Below are positions 60,281 to 64,000 of a stretch of 64,000 nt of DNA, piece by piece; within the stretch, counting starts at the first letter, position 1, and each line of letters starts with the position of its first letter. The stretch comes from Candidatus Poribacteria bacterium. Its GTDB lineage: Bacteria; Poribacteria; WGA-4E; WGA-3G. A program made the position numbers and the translations under genes. The stretch is taken from contig CBDANF010000003.1 of the NCBI GenBank assembly GCA_965197475.1, positions 1,600,001 through 1,664,000 on the forward strand, given 5' to 3'. The notes beneath the pieces were generated by a model that was given only the letters and a program-made list of their open reading frames with translations, ran no database searches and had not been told where the DNA came from.

Positions 60281-61939
60281 TTATGGTTTTGCCTTCTTCA
60301 CACAACGAAATCCGAGAATGGATTCCGTTCGATTCGGCAGGTTATAATCGCGATGAAACACGGCTATAAACCTTTTGGCATTGTTCCATGCTCCACCACG
60401 TCTTGCTCGATGCGACAAAATTTCTACGTTTTTGAAATTAGATACAAGTTCGGTAATACTTTTATCCCCCTCAATTGGATTTTTATAGGGAGAATTCATA
60501 TAAAATTGCCAACTTGCACCGTCAAGACACCATTCCGAGACGTTTCCTGACATATCATAGAGGTCATAAGCATTTTCAAGAGATGCACCGACAGGTACGG
60601 TATCACCTATATTACTACTTCGGTAGTTTGCTTGATTAGCATCAATTGAATTGCCCCATGGATAATATTTTCCATTCAAGCCGCCTCGTGCTGCTTTTTC
60701 CCATTCTGCTTCGGTTGGTAGACGTTTGCCTACCCATTTTGCGTAAGCCATCGCAGCATACCAACTTACGTAAGTGACAGGATGATTTGCTTTCCCGTGC
60801 GGATAGTTGTTTCCGTTCCAATCGAATAGATAATCTCCATCGTGAAATTTTTTGTCAATGTTCATTTTTCGCCATTCTGGATTTGCAAGAATAAATTTCT
60901 TATATTGTGCATTGGTCACTTCATATTTGTCCATGTAAAATGCATCAACGTAGACTTTATGCACTGGTATTGTGTCTTTATACGCCCCTTCTCCTTCATA
61001 TCCCATGTTAAATTCGCCAGCAGGAATCAGTACCATCTTATCGTTTTCGACCACATCTACTACACAACGAAATCCGGTATCCGCTTTCGTTTGATTTGCC
61101 GATCTACCGGAACGACTAAATACAGTTATTTCTCTTGGACTACTTATCCAGCCACCCCCACGTGTTACTCGTTGGCCTCGCCACCGAACTGCAGGGAGTA
61201 CATTTTCAAAATTAGATATGACATCTGTAATGCTGTCTGCGCCCGCAATCGGATTATTAAGCGGTCTGCCTCGTGGATATACTTTATAAAAAATATCAAT
61301 ATATTCATCAAGACACAGCTCCGAAACATTTCCTGAAACTTCATGAAGCCCATACCCATTTCCAGGATATGTGCCAATAGGCACAGTATCACCTACAATA
61401 TCATGATCAATACCAATGCGATAGTTTGCCTTATTTTCATCGTTCACATTGCCCCATGGAAAAGGTTGCTCTTTTGTACCGCCTCGCGCTGCCTTTTCCC
61501 ATTCTGCTTCAGTTGGTAAACGTTTCCCTGCCCACTTTGCATAAGCCATCGCTGCATACCAGCTTACATAAGTTACAGGATGATTTTCTTTGTCGGCAGG
61601 ATAATTATTGTCTGTCCAATGGTGTAGATATTTTCCATCGTGAAATTTTTTGTCAATGTTCTTTTTCTGCCACTCTGGATTTGCGAGGATAAACTTTTTA
61701 AATTGCGCGTTAGTTACCTCATATTTGTCTATGTAGAATGCGTCAACATAAACCATGTGTGCAGGTTTTGAAGGTTTTAATACACCAACCTTATCGGATC
61801 CCATCTCAAATTCACCTGGAGGAATTAACACCATATCTTTGGTGTCAGCTTTGCCGTTTTTGGCGGAAAGGCAGTCAGTTGTTGCAACGATAAGAAAGCA
61901 TATCATTATTAATACGAAACGGGAAATTATTTTCATCAT
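60281..61939 (-). CDS. secreted protein with two formylglycine-generating-enzyme (SUMF1/FGE-sulfatase) domains
   Basis: Two copies of MVLIP.GEF.MG, KYEVTNAQ, RLPTEAEWEKAARGG, GNVSE, RGG.W, GFRCV. Confidence 0.92.
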   Translation of the reverse strand: MMKIISRFVLIMICFLIVATTDCLSAKNGKADTKDMVLIPPGEFEMGSDKVGVLKPSKPAHMVYVDAFYIDKYEVTNAQFKKFILANPEWQKKNIDKKFHDGKYLHHWTDNNYPADKENHPVTYVSWYAAMAYAKWAGKRLPTEAEWEKAARGGTKEQPFPWGNVNDENKANYRIGIDHDIVGDTVPIGTYPGNGYGLHEVSGNVSELCLDEYIDIFYKVYPRGRPLNNPIAGADSITDVISNFENVLPAVRWRGQRVTRGGGWISSPREITVFSRSGRSANQTKADTGFRCVVDVVENDKMVLIPAGEFNMGYEGEGAYKDTIPVHKVYVDAFYMDKYEVTNAQYKKFILANPEWRKMNIDKKFHDGDYLFDWNGNNYPHGKANHPVTYVSWYAAMAYAKWVGKRLPTEAEWEKAARGGLNGKYYPWGNSIDANQANYRSSNIGDTVPVGASLENAYDLYDMSGNVSEWCLDGASWQFYMNSPYKNPIEGDKSITELVSNFKNVEILSHRARRGGAWNNAKRFIAVFHRDYNLPNRTESILGFRCVKKAKP

Positions 61940-62042
61940 TGGTAAATCCTCATAAAAATAAGTGTTGTGTGAAAATAGTATACATCCTACAAATTAAAAA
62001 AGCAAATTCTTTCGGTGTGTATCAAGACATGTTCCACAATCT

Positions 62043-62132
62043 TTATGGCGATAACCTCTCTATTTCCCAGCTGCCATCCTCTTTCAAAGTATAACGGAGT
62101 CGATCATGAAGGCGACTTGGACATCCTTGCCA
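62043..62132 (-). pseudogene. pdxH: C-terminal fragment of pyridoxamine 5'-phosphate oxidase
   Basis: An alternative frame reads [29 protein letters not shown], matching the PdxH EFWQG..SRLHDR..Y...W..ERL.P terminus. Confidence 0.75.
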
Positions 62133-62653
62133 GATTGTAGACCCCGCATATCCATCGCCATGAACCGGTAAGCAAGTATCATTTCACCTGCTTTATGCCC
62201 ATGTTCACCCATAACACTAATCGGCGCGTGACCATCAAGGCGGGATGTCGCGGTATCTGAAGCCACATCAAAAGTTGTGGGTTCTGTTTCACGAGAGGGT
62301 AACTCTCCGAGTTCTGCTAACGCCTGGTTCAATATCGGTAAAAGCAAGTGAACCCCTCTATTAGTAAGAGGTTGAGACATATCAAAGAGTTCACCGAGCA
62401 CATCTTGTGTCATCGCTTTTCGCAAGTAAATCAATGTAAATAACAACATATCTTCAATCGTATCAAAACAACTATTTCTATATGGGGTATATCTTCGTTT
62501 TTTGCGTTGTTTCCCATCAAGAGTATGTGTATGAACAAACTCTAAAAAACATTTAGAAAAACAAGGGAACAACTCAGAAAACTCTTCTGGCGTATATCCT
62601 GTCAGTGCCAGAAACCTTTTAGGTTTGTCCTTTAATCTTTGATAACTGGCCAT
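62084..62653 (-). pseudogene. truncated IS5/ISL2-like transposase N-terminus (HTH) fused to an unrelated gene fragment
   Basis: FLALTGYTPEEF and LLFTLIYLR...LGELFDMSQ with no DDE domain. Continues into [20 protein letters not shown]. Confidence 0.7.
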
Positions 62654-62776
62654 GAGTTAGCCTCCAAATTGTAGATTGATACAAGTTTAACAGAGACTAA
62701 CTAATATTTATTAACAATTAATTCATTATAATGTCTATTATAATGAATTATGATGTATTTTTCAATGAAAAAAGTG

Positions 62777-62805
62777 TTGACGTTACTTATTTTTTAGAGT
62801 ATAAT
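62777..62805 (+). promoter_or_regulatory. sigma70-type promoter
   Basis: TTGACG-17 bp-TATAAT. Confidence 0.6.
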
Positions 62806-62885
62806 AGCGTCAGATAATTCTTTGCGTTGTTTTCTATATTTATGAAAAATGATATTGAATTTTCTATAATAATATGAAATAATAT

Positions 62886-63001
62886 CAGGACTTACGCAAA
62901 ATGAGCAGAGAAGGGACATATTTTATCAAAAAGTCGTTATTTCGGTGTTTTAACCCTAAATCCTACTTATCCGGGGGATTTTTGAACCTATTGCGTAAGT
63001 C
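62886..63001. mobile_element. MITE, same family and similar interior as 5897-6018
   Basis: CAGGACTTACGCA ... AAAAAGTCGTTATTTC ... TTTTAACCC ... TGCGTAAGTC. Confidence 0.75.
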
Positions 63002-63030
63002 ATCATCATGTATAAACAATTATTTTTAAT

Positions 63031-63148
63031 CAGGACTTACGCAAATTTGAAGTGGCAGCAAAATTGAGTCTGCATTTCTAAAGAACGCGCAATAAATTGT
63101 GCTACTACAAACACAGAAACGCTTGAAAACAAGCAGAATGCGTAAATC
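63031..63148. mobile_element. MITE with the same TIR and a different interior
   Basis: CAGGACTTACGCA at 63031 and degenerate TGCGTAAATC at 63139. Confidence 0.65.
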
Positions 63149-63172
63149 AATAATATATTTTAAAAATTATGT

Positions 63173-63201
63173 TTGACATTTTTTTGAAAGTTTTGTATAA
63201 T
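63173..63201 (+). promoter_or_regulatory. consensus sigma70 promoter
   Basis: TTGACA-17 bp-TATAAT, a perfect match. Confidence 0.75.
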
Positions 63202-63789
63202 TGTAAACAAGTTCAAGAAATTAGTGTGATGGAACTCTTGACATGGCTTGTCTGCAAAAAAACTTTCGCTTATGTAAAAAATGTGTGCGGTTGTTTTTAG
63301 TGAAGGCAATGGCCACGCGGGTTAAATGTTTTCATTTGCACTCATTCTTTACATGAGAAAAAACTTTTTATCCATTTTAGGCAGATATAAAGGGATTGTT
63401 GTTTGATGGTATCGGGACAGATGCTCAAACATGGCAAAGGATAATGCAAAATACTAATACTAACCGCAATGTTGAAAAAGCGTCCTCAATTAGATTAGGT
63501 CAACACCACAGTTGGTCTATTCCTACTTCTTCCACGCCTTCAGCATCACTCATTTTGCGACCCCCCCCCCCCCACAGTTAACGATTGTAATAGTATTTCA
63601 GTTACAAATAGGCGAATATCGGTTCGGACCATCAGTCTTTTGTCGCGCCCGCACGCTCTCAATTGGACATTGTGAGTTTTGTTGCGGGCTATTTTGTTTG
63701 CAGAAGGTGGGTATTCCCACCCAATATTCATGAACACAACGCACGAGTGTTTTTAGTGTTATTTTAGGAACTCTAACCGTAAACTTAAT

Positions 63790-63838
63790 CAGGACTCACA
63801 TAGATTTGGGTGCCTACTTTTAAAGTGCGTAAGTCCTA
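63790..63838. repeat. short degenerate copy of the AGGACTTACGCA TIR family
   Basis: CAGGACTCACATA ... TGCGTAAGTCCTA. Confidence 0.55.
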
Positions 63839-63974
63839 ATGAAGTAATATGTTATTATGGAACACAGATTAGTAAAGATTGGTATGGTAAAATGGGTGCA
63901 GTTTATTCAAACTCACCTACTTAACGCGAAACTCACGTAAAAGTGAGATTCATTTCTATAGGAGGTTTAACGGC

Positions 63975-64000
63975 ATGAAAAATATATTGGTATTAGCAGG
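63975..64000 (+). CDS. start of a CDS running out of the window (MKNILVLA...)
   Basis: AGGAGG RBS followed by ATG at 63975. Confidence 0.6.

Noticed and set aside
60281-61939. FGE/C-type-lectin-fold gene as a diversity-generating retroelement target
   Set aside because: No reverse transcriptase and no template repeat differing only at adenines in the window. The internal similarity is a whole-domain duplication.
63202-63780. Known RNA (6S, tmRNA, RNase P, cobalamin or TPP riboswitch)
   Set aside because: I could not find the diagnostic conserved motifs by eye, so it is reported only as an unassigned candidate.

Overview
Bacterial chromosomal window, probably Candidatus Poribacteria or a relative. 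That assignment is an inference from gene content (PhyH, four Uma2 genes, FGE-sulfatase, CBM9/DUF5916 proteins, long-tailed ECF sigma factor) and no database search was run. Two housekeeping operons lie on the minus strand: F1Fo ATP synthase (atpZ/I-B-E-F-H-A-G-D-C, 9.3-18.7 kb) and NADH:quinone oxidoreductase (nuoA-H, J-N, 36.8-60.0 kb, no nuoI). Both are interleaved with co-oriented accessory genes, 13 in nuo and 2 in atp. Between them is an ECF sigma / CBM9 / glycoside-hydrolase-like envelope cluster with an IS1-family element. Main unexplained structures: (1) a 147-bp direct repeat of the atpC 3' end, differing mostly at third codon positions, that brackets a 3.6-kb integrase-less island with a candidate ATPase+nuclease defence pair; (2) several families of MITE/REP-like palindromes, one inserted in frame into a protein; (3) a Na+/H+ antiporter abutting nuoM, plus an unusual c subunit; (4) a three-part chimeric pseudogene; (5) a long, hairpin-rich leader with a C13 tract at the right end. 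No rRNA, tRNA or CRISPR array was seen.
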